Shown: piece after piece, positions 51,504 through 60,713 of the stretch
Layout: each line of letters starts with the position of its first letter
How positions within the stretch are numbered: the stretch's first letter is position 1
Source: a virus
IMG/VR virus record: IMGVR_UViG_3300033146_002242
Location: 1-64,000 of that record
Direction: 5' to 3' (one strand)
Length of the DNA: 64,000 nt
The notes under the pieces: model-generated
What the model was told of the DNA's origin: nothing
The model's database searches: none
The model's input: only the letters and a program-made list of their open reading frames with translations
Translations under genes and position numbers: made by a program

Positions 51504-52094
51504 ATGAATTCTATAGAGAAACCATCATATAATTATGATTTGATTATTTTATTTTCGGGTGGTGCTGATAGTGCCATGTTACATGATTTAGCAATATCAT
51601 CAAAAAGACATCCAATTTATTTAATGATTGATTATGAACAATTGCATAAAGAAGAATTACAATATGCTAAAAGATTGTTAGAATATTGTAAATCTATTCA
51701 ACATTCACAAACTGTAAAAATTCAGAATTTAAAAATAAATTCTGGTTTGACAGGTGATGGTGAAGTAAATCAATATAATAATGTTCATCCTTTTCATGTA
51801 CCATCTAGAAATCTTATGTTTATCTCGATTGCAGCTTCTATTGCAGAAGCTAATAATATTGATACTATTTGGTATGGCGCTGATTTATCAGATAGGGAAA
51901 ATTTATTTCCTGATTGTTATCAGGAATGGATTATAAAAGTTAATGAACTTTTGAAAATAAATGGAAGTAAACCAATAAAATTGGAAGCTCCATTAATAGG
52001 AATGACAAAAGATTCTATTTTACAATATTTGAAATCTAGAGGTTATAGAGAAGAAATTATTTTTTCTGGATATGGTAATTTAGATAAAAATTAA
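51504..52094 (+). CDS. queC: QueC-like (7-cyano-7-deazaguanine synthase family) protein lacking the C-terminal Zn cluster
   Basis: FSGGADS, DYEQLHKEE, VPSRNLMFISIAASIA, FPDC; late-promoter motif at 51454-51467. Confidence 0.8.
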   Translation: MNSIEKPSYNYDLIILFSGGADSAMLHDLAISSKRHPIYLMIDYEQLHKEELQYAKRLLEYCKSIQHSQTVKIQNLKINSGLTGDGEVNQYNNVHPFHVPSRNLMFISIAASIAEANNIDTIWYGADLSDRENLFPDCYQEWIIKVNELLKINGSKPIKLEAPLIGMTKDSILQYLKSRGYREEIIFSGYGNLDKN

Positions 52095-52139
52095 GAACAT
52101 ACACCAAAACAATTATTTTGGAGGAAAAATATTTATATC

Positions 52140-52820
52140 ATGGACGATACAAGAATTTTAATTACAAATGAATATTATCCAAAAGGATTAAATGATGTGC
52201 AAGTGCAAAAACATTATAAGAAATATCAAAAAGAAATTTTATTAGAAGTACAACGAAGAAAAGTTGCTCTTGTAATCTGTCCAGATACAAATAATTTAGT
52301 TTGGTTAAGGAATATTAAAAATAAACCTATTTATTTAAAGAATAGGAGAGATTTTCAAAATATAATTCATGAAAGAGTTTTATCAATTTTTCCTGAAATT
52401 CAACAGTATGAAAAGAAATTAGTTGTTGATATTGATTGTACTAATATTAATAATGCAAAAAAAGTAGCAAAATTATTATATAATATATTTACAAAGTCTG
52501 GATATATTACTGATGTAAAAATATTTTTTACTGGACAAACATCTTTTCATTTACATTTATTTTTACCTAATAAAACAAATATTGAGAGAGGTAAAGAATT
52601 AGTTGATGGGTTAATTAGGAGAGATGCATTTGCTCCAAAATTAATGACAATCAATCAAAGAAGGCCCAAAGATGAATTCCCAAATATAGATTTTTCAACT
52701 TTTAAAGAAAGATCAATTTATATTTGTCCATATTCATTATCAAAATTTGGGTTAATTGCGGGAGAAGTAAAAATAAATGAAATAGATTCATTTAATATAC
52801 AACATTATAAAGTTAAATAG
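52140..52820 (+). CDS. AEP primase-polymerase (LigD polymerase-domain-like)
   Basis: VVDIDC (DxD), FTGQTSFHLHL, IDF..ICPYSLS. Confidence 0.8.
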   Translation: MDDTRILITNEYYPKGLNDVQVQKHYKKYQKEILLEVQRRKVALVICPDTNNLVWLRNIKNKPIYLKNRRDFQNIIHERVLSIFPEIQQYEKKLVVDIDCTNINNAKKVAKLLYNIFTKSGYITDVKIFFTGQTSFHLHLFLPNKTNIERGKELVDGLIRRDAFAPKLMTINQRRPKDEFPNIDFSTFKERSIYICPYSLSKFGLIAGEVKINEIDSFNIQHYKVK

Positions 52821-53393
52821 TTTATTCACTAAATAAGAGTGAGGCGGGCCTCGGCTAAGCAGAATAAATATTATATATATTTGCTCACTAAATAAGTGAG
52901 ATATTGTTGTGTTGTTTGGATAAATATTATATATGTTTGCTCACTTATTTAGTGAGACTGGATTTTTCCCTATCATCAGAATATTAATTAGATAAAAACA
53001 TATTTGCTCATTAAATAAATGAGATATAACCTGGCCGTTATTTTAATTAAATATTATGTATTTGCTCACTAAATAAGTGAGAGATTATGTTCTTTTGATT
53101 TAGGTATTAAAGTATTTTGAATAATATATGTTTGCTCATTAAATAAATGAGACAGGGCGTAAGAAGGTAAAAATAAATGAAATAGATTCATTTATAATAT
53201 ACAACATTATAAAGTTAAATAGTTTGTTCACTAAATAAGTGAAATGAGATTATTTTGTTTTTTATTAGATTATTAATCAAATAAAAACATGTTTGCTTAC
53301 TAAACAAGTGAGATGGGGATAGAGAGTTTGGACGTAAATCAGGTTTTTAAAATAAAATATATGTTTGCTCATTAAATACAATAAAAATGAGAA
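52820..53393 (+). CRISPR. Degenerate type V-like CRISPR array, 9 repeats
   Basis: Core TGTTTGCTCACTAAATAAGTGAGAC-like repeats ending at 52845, 52902, 52958, 53025, 53083, 53153, 53250, 53314 and 53393; 6-bp 3' hairpin plus 2-nt tail; non-identical spacers. Confidence 0.75.
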
Positions 53394-53484
53394 AAGTAGC
53401 TAATGTAATTTGTTTTAAAAAATAAAAAGAGTTATATATATTTATAAATAGTAGAAATGATTATAATTTTATATAGGTAATAAA

Positions 53485-54015
53485 ATGAAAGCTAATATTG
53501 AAAAAGAAAAACTTTTTAAAAAGTTTATAGATAATGGAGAAATTTGGGCTGATAAATATGGTAATATTTATAAGAAAAATGGAACTTGTAAATATCATTT
53601 AAATAATACTGGTTATTATAGATTATCATATAAATCAATAACTATTTTTGTGCATAGGTTGGTTTGGATTTATTTCAAAGGATTGATATATGATGATAAG
53701 CTACAAATTAATCATATTGATGGGGATAAATTAAATAATACTTTGGAAAATTTAGAAATTGTTGATAATAAAACTAATACAAAACATGCTATACTAATGG
53801 GTTTACGAACACCCATATCAGAAAAAACAAAACAATATTTTTCTGAAAAGATAAGGGGGTGCAAAAATATAAATGCAAAATTTACACAATCCGATGTTAT
53901 TTTATATAGGTATTTATATAAAATGGGCAAAATAAATATAAAAACAATTTCTGAAAAATACGATATAACACAACGAAGTGTAAAAAATATGTTGAGTGGA
54001 AAAACATATAATTAA
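53485..54015 (+). CDS. Free-standing HNH homing endonuclease with C-terminal HTH
   Basis: [30 protein letters not shown]. Confidence 0.88.
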   Translation: MKANIEKEKLFKKFIDNGEIWADKYGNIYKKNGTCKYHLNNTGYYRLSYKSITIFVHRLVWIYFKGLIYDDKLQINHIDGDKLNNTLENLEIVDNKTNTKHAILMGLRTPISEKTKQYFSEKIRGCKNINAKFTQSDVILYRYLYKMGKINIKTISEKYDITQRSVKNMLSGKTYN

Positions 54016-54022
54016 GTTATAT

Positions 54023-54382
54023 GCCCGGATGGCGGAATAGGTAGACGCAAGGGACTTGACTCGTAAATAAATTGAGCGGCATATTTGAAAAAATATGTTT
54101 GAATCGGGTGAATTCAGGGGAACCTTCTTAATTTTATTTAGAATTAAATGGCAATCCTGAGCCAAGACATCAACGCTTTGATGGAAGGTGCAGAGACTAG
54201 ATGGTGAGGAAAGATACGTTTCTCGTAAAACATCATAAGCGCCCGACACCTAAGGATTTTATTTTAATCTATGGTGATGATATAGTCCAGACCACAAACA
54301 TTGTAAAATGGCAATGAAAATTGTAGTGGTACGAAAATCCCTCGTTCGTAAGAACGTGCCGGTTCGATTCCGGCTCCGGGCA
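54023..54382 (+). tRNA. trnL: tRNA-Leu(UAA) interrupted by a group I intron
   Basis: Exons 54023-54057 and 54334-54382 rebuild the cloverleaf with AGGGA-CTTAAAA-TCCCT and a long variable arm; AACA-TATAAT-TA motif at 54003-54014. Confidence 0.92.
54058..54333 (+). mobile_element. Group I intron (IC3, trnL-type), 276 nt, no ORF
   Basis: GGCAATCCTGAGCC, GTGCAGAGACTAGATGG and ATATAGTCC core motifs; 5' exon ends in U, intron ends in G; inserted between U34 and A35. Confidence 0.9.
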
Positions 54383-54407
54383 TCAATTTAATTTAAAAGG
54401 AGGATGA

Positions 54408-54638
54408 ATGGAACAACAACATATGTCGAATAGTAAACCCTTATACATACACACATCAGATGGGTGTGTATATCGGGAAGATATATCGTTATATGCCTGT
54501 GATATATCATTTGAAGAAGTTATGGAAAAAGAAGTGAACTATTATATAAATAATGGATATAAAAATATCACTCCTAATGGAGTTGATGTCACTTTTTATC
54601 CTCCCAGTCAAATCCTAAAGTTTACTTATAAACGATAG
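54408..54638 (+). CDS. Hypothetical protein
   Basis: AAGGAGG RBS. Confidence 0.6.
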   Translation: MEQQHMSNSKPLYIHTSDGCVYREDISLYACDISFEEVMEKEVNYYINNGYKNITPNGVDVTFYPPSQILKFTYKR

Positions 54639-54649
54639 GATTTAAAAGA

Positions 54650-55080
54650 ATCGACAAAAACTTTTCGTTGTGGTAAATTGTAGTTCGCGAACACCACAAC
54701 ATAGGTGGGTAGATTGCACCTCTCCACCAAAAGTTACAAAACGATTGCCATTCTCGGCCAAGAATGGAAAAAGGTATTATTCGTTTATTGCTCGGAATGA
54801 ATAATATGCTTCGGTGAAGGCATCGGAGAATATAAAAAGAATTAAATAGCTTTGAAAATCAGGATTAACAAATATTGATACTCTCAGATTGCGAAGCCTC
54901 AGAGCTCTTAGATGAGCAGCCGGAGGATAGGCTGAGAGTTGGAGTCGTCGATACAGGGAGTCCAGAGAATACTGTCAAGTCTTAAGGCTTCGGTAGCAGT
55001 ATTTGATGACGGACCCGGTGCAGTGTAGAAGCTAGTCTGGTAACAGAAGGCAAGGCCACCGAAAGGCGCATGGCCCATGC
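54650..55080 (+). ncRNA. Large structured ncRNA candidate containing repeat module copy 1 (54881-55051)
   Basis: Series of hairpins (GTTGTGGT/ACCACAAC, CCATTCT/AGAATGG, TATTATTC/GAATAATA) then a module duplicated at 55946. Confidence 0.6.
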
Positions 55081-55378
55081 CTCGGATTTGCTTGCGGGGC
55101 TTTTTATCCTAAGGAGCGAAATTATGTTATATGAGTGTAATACCGGACTTAACTGTTCTGAGTGTAGAGGGTGTGCTACGCAACTTGAAGTTTGTTCGGA
55201 CTTTATCTCCCTTGAATACCTTTCAGAAGAGTGTACGCACAGAAATCTAGAAATGGAGTTGGAAGTGCCTATAACCAGAGAAAAAACCCCGAGAATATCT
55301 TAGCTACTTGTTAGTTTTGTGGGGCGTAGGGCAAGTTAACTCACGATGTTTTTGAAAAATTGAATAAGGAGTTAGACC

Positions 55379-55816
55379 ATGAAAGTATATCTTACAAGAC
55401 GAGTTGCTAATATGACAGATGGTATGGGGCCCATGCAAATCGACAAGTGCTTTCTTTACGAAGGGCATGCTAACAAGTATATAAATGCCCAACCAGGAAT
55501 TATGGGAAGGCGAGCATGTTGGAGCAAGAGAGAGGTTGGAGACTGGGATGTTATCCCTTTAGAAGTTATTGAAGAAGATATTATTGGTAACACCCGGTCT
55601 GCTAATGAGATTAAAATAGAAGACTTGGAAGACTGGACTACGCAAATTTGGAAAGAATACGCTGCCGAATTATATCAAGGGAAATGTCTGATACTATCGG
55701 TTTCTTTGGGAAGAGGGGAATACCAGGTAACTCTTGGTAAAGAAGTTCTCTACCGAGGGTCTGATAAAAGTAAGGCTAAGTATGCGTATGAGGAAGTCAC
55801 AAAACTGGACGACTAG
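55379..55816 (+). CDS. Hypothetical protein between the duplicated RNA modules
   Basis: AAGGAG RBS, GC-richer codon use. Confidence 0.65.
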   Translation: MKVYLTRRVANMTDGMGPMQIDKCFLYEGHANKYINAQPGIMGRRACWSKREVGDWDVIPLEVIEEDIIGNTRSANEIKIEDLEDWTTQIWKEYAAELYQGKCLILSVSLGRGEYQVTLGKEVLYRGSDKSKAKYAYEEVTKLDD

Positions 55817-55945
55817 GGTTAAAGTTAAGGGTATCTGTGCATAATAGGGTTAAAGTTCCTCCCTGCTGGATGTGTATAAACCAGTCTACACTTGGTATAA
55901 AGACTAAAGGTGGGGTCGACTCCCATTGCCCGCACTATTTTGACA

Positions 55946-56118
55946 CCTCTGGATTGCGAAGCCTTGTACCCTTGTTTAGAGGGAGCCGAGAGGATAGGCC
56001 AGAGGTTGGAGTCGTCGATACAGGGAGTCCAGAGAATACTGTCAAGTCTTAAGGCTTCGGTAGCAGTATTTGATGACGGACCCGGTGCAGTGTAGAAGCT
56101 AGTCTGGTAACAGAAGGC
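55946..56118 (+). repeat. Structured RNA module copy 2 (direct repeat of 54881-55051)
   Basis: 114 bp identical (54938-55051 = 56005-56118); 5' part differs by compensatory changes. Confidence 0.85.
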
Positions 56119-56312
56119 GCGGGGCGTTTTTTAAAAAAATAATAAAATGTATAATGGATATTTATATCTAAGAAAAAATATTAAAAAATTAATAAAATTA
56201 TATAGGCAGTATAATAAAAGTTTTATGAAAAAGGATTGAAAGAAAATATAATAAACATCGGAATAAATATAATTGATTTTTTTTATTACATCAAATTAGT
56301 TGAGAGGAGATT

Positions 56313-58355
56313 ATGGAGTTTATTGATTTTGTCGGGAAAATAAAAAAGAATTTTGAATATATGAAATCAAAATCTGATATTTTATTTTATACTACAAGAG
56401 ATAGAAATAAAATATGGGAAACATATTTACAATCATTTCCAGAAGGATCAAATCCAATATATAAAGAAAGAACTGAACATGATTGTAATGCATGTAAATC
56501 ATTTATAAGACAATTTGGATCCATTGTTGTCATAGATCCATCTGATTTAAAGATGTTATCTATATGGGATATGGAAATAGGTGGTTCATATCAAGATGTT
56601 GCTGATGCAATGTCACGATATGTTAAATCACATCCTATTGAAAATATTTTTATGCATAATGAAAAAAATATGGGAATTGAATGTAATAGACAAGAAGTAG
56701 GTGGTAAAATTCTGAAATGGCATCATTTTCATTTAAAAACACCATCTAATATATTAGTCAATAAAGATGTAATAAATGAAATCAAATCAGAATCAAGAGC
56801 CAACAAAGAAGTATTATATAGAAGTTTAACTGAATTAACAATTGAATCTGCTGAAATTGTATTAGATTTAATTGAACAAAATACATTGTATCGTGGCCGT
56901 GAGCATAAAAAAGTTGTGGAACTATTTATTGAATTAAAGAAACAGTTTAATAAAGTACCAGATAATTTAAAAGATCATTGTTGTTGGCTAACATCAGTTT
57001 CATTTAAATCATTATCAAAAATTAGAAATACTGTTATAGGTACATTATTATCTGATTTATCAGAAGGAAAAGATATTGAAGATGCTGTAAAAGCATATGA
57101 ATTTAAAGTAGCTCCTTCGAATTATAAAAGACCGAAAGCTATTGTAACTAAATCAATGATTTTACAAGCTCAAAATACTCTTAAAGATTTGGGTTTATTA
57201 GAATCATTGGAAAGAAGATATGCAACAATATCAGATATATCTGTTAATAATGTATTGTTTGCAGATAGATCTGTTAAACCAGCAATGAAAGATGTGTTTG
57301 ATGAATTATTAGAACAAACACCTGAAAAAATAAAAAAATATGATAATGTTGAAAAAATTCATATTGAAAAATTTATATCTGATGTATTACCAAAAATTAA
57401 TACACTTGAATTATTTATTGATAATAAACATTTAAATAATTTAGTAAGCTTAACAACAGCTGTTAATCAGGATGCACCTTTTTTATTTAAATGGCCGAAT
57501 CATTGCGCATGGTCATATACAGGTGACGTGGCAGATTCGATCAAAGAAAAAGTAAAGCAAGCTGGTGGAAAAGTTGATGGTGTTATACGGTGTTCTTTAT
57601 CATGGTATAATACAGATGATTTAGATATACATGTAATTGAACCCAATCAAAATGAGATTTATTATTTAAATAATACTTCATTCACATCTGGAAAATTAGA
57701 TGTTGATATGAATGCCTCTGCACGAAAAGCTGTGAGAGGTGCTGTTGAAAATATTACATGGAACAACAGAAATAGAATGTTGGAAGGTAATTATGATTTG
57801 ATTATTCATAATTATAAAGTTCGTGAACGTAATATTGATGTTGGGTTTGAAGTTGAAATTGAACATAATGGACATGTATATAGTTTTAATTATCCAAAAC
57901 ATGTTAGCCATTCAAAGCCAATTAAAGTTGCAACATTTTATTATAATCCAAGAACAGATGAATTCAAATTAATATCATCCATACAATCAACTGAAAATAT
58001 AAAAGTTATAGATGAATGGAATATAAAAACAAATCATTTTCATAAAGTCCAATTATTATTGATGTCTCCCAATTTCTGGGATAATGGTAATGGATTTGGT
58101 ATTGGTAATAAACATTATTTCTTTATGTTAGAAAATTGTAAAAACCCAGATAATTGTCGGGGTTTTTATAATGAATATTTAAAAGCTGATTTAACTAAGC
58201 ATAGAAAAGTATTTGAGATTTTAGGGTCTAAAATGAAAGCTCCATATACTGACAATCAATTAAGTGGTATTGGATTTTCAGAGACACAAAAAAATAGAGT
58301 TATTGTTAAAGCGAGTGGGTCTTTCAATAGGCCATTAGAATTAATTTTCCAGTAA
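56313..58355 (+). CDS. Conserved jumbo-phage hypothetical protein with a YfaP/DUF2135-like segment
   Basis: SLSWYNTDDLDIHVIEP..LDVDMNA..AVENITW. Confidence 0.7.
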   Translation: MEFIDFVGKIKKNFEYMKSKSDILFYTTRDRNKIWETYLQSFPEGSNPIYKERTEHDCNACKSFIRQFGSIVVIDPSDLKMLSIWDMEIGGSYQDVADAMSRYVKSHPIENIFMHNEKNMGIECNRQEVGGKILKWHHFHLKTPSNILVNKDVINEIKSESRANKEVLYRSLTELTIESAEIVLDLIEQNTLYRGREHKKVVELFIELKKQFNKVPDNLKDHCCWLTSVSFKSLSKIRNTVIGTLLSDLSEGKDIEDAVKAYEFKVAPSNYKRPKAIVTKSMILQAQNTLKDLGLLESLERRYATISDISVNNVLFADRSVKPAMKDVFDELLEQTPEKIKKYDNVEKIHIEKFISDVLPKINTLELFIDNKHLNNLVSLTTAVNQDAPFLFKWPNHCAWSYTGDVADSIKEKVKQAGGKVDGVIRCSLSWYNTDDLDIHVIEPNQNEIYYLNNTSFTSGKLDVDMNASARKAVRGAVENITWNNRNRMLEGNYDLIIHNYKVRERNIDVGFEVEIEHNGHVYSFNYPKHVSHSKPIKVATFYYNPRTDEFKLISSIQSTENIKVIDEWNIKTNHFHKVQLLLMSPNFWDNGNGFGIGNKHYFFMLENCKNPDNCRGFYNEYLKADLTKHRKVFEILGSKMKAPYTDNQLSGIGFSETQKNRVIVKASGSFNRPLELIFQ

Positions 58356-58391
58356 ATATATTTTTGTTTAATTCCAAACAAGGAGATAAAG

Positions 58392-58775
58392 ATGAGTGAT
58401 GTGAATTTGTTTGAACTTGCAAGTCGTATGAAATTTCGTTTTGATACCACAAAAGGGCAGTTATCCGTAGAAGATTTATGGGATATTCCCATGACTGGAA
58501 AAGTGTCATTAGATGCCATTGCTATTGATTTAAATAAAAAATTGAAGGACACCAATGAAAGTTTTGTAGTCCAAAAAAGCAGTGCTAATAAAATTATTGA
58601 ATATAAATTTGATTTAGTTAAATATGTAATTCAGACCCGCTTGGCTGAAATTGAAGCGCGGCAAAAAGAGAAAGAAAATAAAGAAAAGAAACAAAAGATT
58701 CTACAAATTATCGAAGAAAAGGAAAACGAATCATTGAAAAATATGTCTATTGAAGAATTGAAAAAAATGATTTAA
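58392..58775 (+). CDS. Conserved phage hypothetical protein
   Basis: LFELASRMKFRFDTTKGQLSVEDLWDIP. Confidence 0.7.
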   Translation: MSDVNLFELASRMKFRFDTTKGQLSVEDLWDIPMTGKVSLDAIAIDLNKKLKDTNESFVVQKSSANKIIEYKFDLVKYVIQTRLAEIEARQKEKENKEKKQKILQIIEEKENESLKNMSIEELKKMI

Positions 58776-58780
58776 TTTTA

Positions 58781-58823
58781 TTTTGTCGAGAGTGGATTAA
58801 TTTAATTTCCACTCTCGACAAAA
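58781..58823. terminator. Terminator-like hairpin
   Basis: TTTTGTCGAGAGTGGA/TCCACTCTCGACAAAA. Confidence 0.7.
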
Positions 58824-58929
58824 TAAATAGGAGATTTTATAATGGAATCTTTGCAATATAAATATAGTAATGATGTTAATTTTCGTAAACTTGTTGATAG
58901 TTTAGATGCAGTTATAGAGAGAAAAACAA

Positions 58930-59181
58930 ATGAATAAAAAATTAATTATATGTTCGGATTTTTTAAAAAATATAGATGATTTTATATATAATTATAATTT
59001 ATCATTAAATGAATGTGTAAGAATTGTAAAATATGATTTTTATTATAAAATTCGAGGGTATAAAAATTTACCATTTATTATTATACCTCCAATAACGTTT
59101 ATATGTGAATTTTATGAAATTGCTAAAATACAACAATTTTTTGAAATACAAGAAAATCAAATAGAAGAATATTTTTTTTAA
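58930..59181 (+). CDS. Hypothetical protein
   Basis: 83-aa ORF. Confidence 0.5.
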   Translation: MNKKLIICSDFLKNIDDFIYNYNLSLNECVRIVKYDFYYKIRGYKNLPFIIIPPITFICEFYEIAKIQQFFEIQENQIEEYFF

Positions 59182-59263
59182 AATGTATTTTGAACTATAT
59201 ATAATAAATAGTATTATGAAGAATATATTTTTATTATTTTAAAGAACATAGGAATATATAATA

Positions 59264-59479
59264 ATGAAAATGGAACTTCCTGTTAAAACGATTTTTAAAT
59301 GCACCTCATATTGTAATTTTACAATAGAAGTTATTGAAAATGACGATCTTACATGTTCAGATTGCTTTTTTGATGATAGAAAAATAGATTATGATTCGGA
59401 CACAATGTGGTGTCATTTATTAAAATGTGCAAAAGATGAAAGAACTGATCATAAAAATGTGATATTTAAAAGAGTGTGA
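59264..59479 (+). CDS. Small Cys-rich protein
   Basis: CSDCFF..C..ERTDHKNVIFKRV; late-promoter motif near 59243-59256. Confidence 0.6.
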   Translation: MKMELPVKTIFKCTSYCNFTIEVIENDDLTCSDCFFDDRKIDYDSDTMWCHLLKCAKDERTDHKNVIFKRV

Positions 59480-59483
59480 TTAT

Positions 59484-59556
59484 GCCGGGTTAGCTCAATT
59501 GGCAGAGCAGTTGATTTGTAATCAACAGGTTGTGGGTTCGATTCCCATGCTCGGCT
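59484..59556 (+). tRNA. trnT: tRNA-Thr(UGU)
   Basis: Cloverleaf, GTTGA-TTTGTAA-TCAAC, TTCGATT loop. Confidence 0.93.
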
Positions 59557-59579
59557 TTCAATTTAACGAGGAGTTGAAG

Positions 59580-59891
59580 ATGGATGAAACTTTAAAAAAA
59601 ATTTATGGTATGATTCCAAGATTGCCACAAAGACAAGATTCATTAGCAGCACAATTTGCTGATTTAAAAATATTTGCAAATTCAATGGGAATGTATGATG
59701 CTGCTGATGCAATATCTCAATGGATTGTTAATATGCCTAAATTAAAATTTGGGTGTTATTGTGATTTGGAAGAAGGGCATAAACCTGATGAATGTGTGAT
59801 TAATTTGGGTAAAAAATCCAATTGTATATATGCAAAAAATATTGAACGCCCCGAACAATGTGAGTATTGGAGACCTATATCTAATGAGTAA
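59580..59891 (+). CDS. Hypothetical Cys-rich protein
   Basis: GAGGAG RBS before ATG 59580. Confidence 0.6.
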   Translation: MDETLKKIYGMIPRLPQRQDSLAAQFADLKIFANSMGMYDAADAISQWIVNMPKLKFGCYCDLEEGHKPDECVINLGKKSNCIYAKNIERPEQCEYWRPISNE

Positions 59892-60192
59892 TTGGGTATT
59901 TATAATTAAAGTTTGTATTTTATGTCAATTAGTAGTATTTTTTATATGTATGCAAATAAGTAAATATGAGGGGTATCCACCATCAGTTTGGAATGTTGCG
60001 GAATTAAAAACTAATATTATTATCTCAATTATTTTTCCAATTGGGATAGTATTTATTATATATTGGTCTTTAAATATAATTGGTGATATTGTTTCAGACA
60101 AAATAGAATACATAAAATCTAAATTGCGAATACATAGCAAATGGCAATATATAATTGATAATATATGGCCAAAGTTAACAAAAAAATTATAG
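59884..60192 (+). CDS. Small membrane protein (paralogue of 61492..61710)
   Basis: KY.GYP..W...E..IFPIG motif shared. Confidence 0.6.
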   Translation: MSNWVFIIKVCILCQLVVFFICMQISKYEGYPPSVWNVAELKTNIIISIIFPIGIVFIIYWSLNIIGDIVSDKIEYIKSKLRIHSKWQYIIDNIWPKLTKKL

Positions 60193-60201
60193 GAGTGATT
60201 A

Positions 60202-60525
60202 GTGGCAGATGAAATTTTGGATAATGATTATATATTAGAATTGAAATTATTATCTAGAGTGAGAAAGCGGTGTTTTTTAGATCCAGGGTTTCTCACGAAA
60301 GTAATTCAAGCGGGAGTAGCTGGTATCCAAGAATATGCGGATACACAATCTCGCCGGGCTGCTGACATGGAAACATTCGCGTCAGCTATGGCCTTTCTTC
60401 AAAAACAAGAAAGATTATCACCAAAATTAAAAAAACAAATGAATGATTTAGCTTTAGCTAAACTAGAAAAATGGATGGGCAAAACATCTCTTAGATGGGA
60501 TGATGATATAATAAAAAAGGAGTGA
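60202..60525 (+). CDS. Hypothetical protein
   Basis: AGGAG RBS, GTG start. Confidence 0.6.
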   Translation: MADEILDNDYILELKLLSRVRKRCFLDPGFLTKVIQAGVAGIQEYADTQSRRAADMETFASAMAFLQKQERLSPKLKKQMNDLALAKLEKWMGKTSLRWDDDIIKKE

Positions 60526-60713
60526 TATTATGGATAAATCCCTTAAAAATAAAAATGCTTGGGGTAAATTTTTTGAGCAAATGAAAAAAGAAGAAAATAT
60601 AGAAATAACTGTTGATTCTAAAAAACATATGCGGCATATTGAAAAATCATATGAAAAAACTAATCAAGCATATTTACACGCTAGACATATGGTGGTTAAA
60701 TAAAGGATGTAAA

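Noticed and set aside
52820-53393. Array as simple tandem repeats or replication iterons
   Set aside because: Intervening sequences are unique and repeat variation preserves base pairing; a DNA-operator role is not fully excluded
54881-55051. Duplicated RNA as an HDV/theta ribozyme, group II intron domain V, RNase P RNA or tmRNA
   Set aside because: Only isolated words match (GCGAA, AGC..GTAA, GGAGTCC/ACAGAA); the required helices and terminal motifs cannot be built
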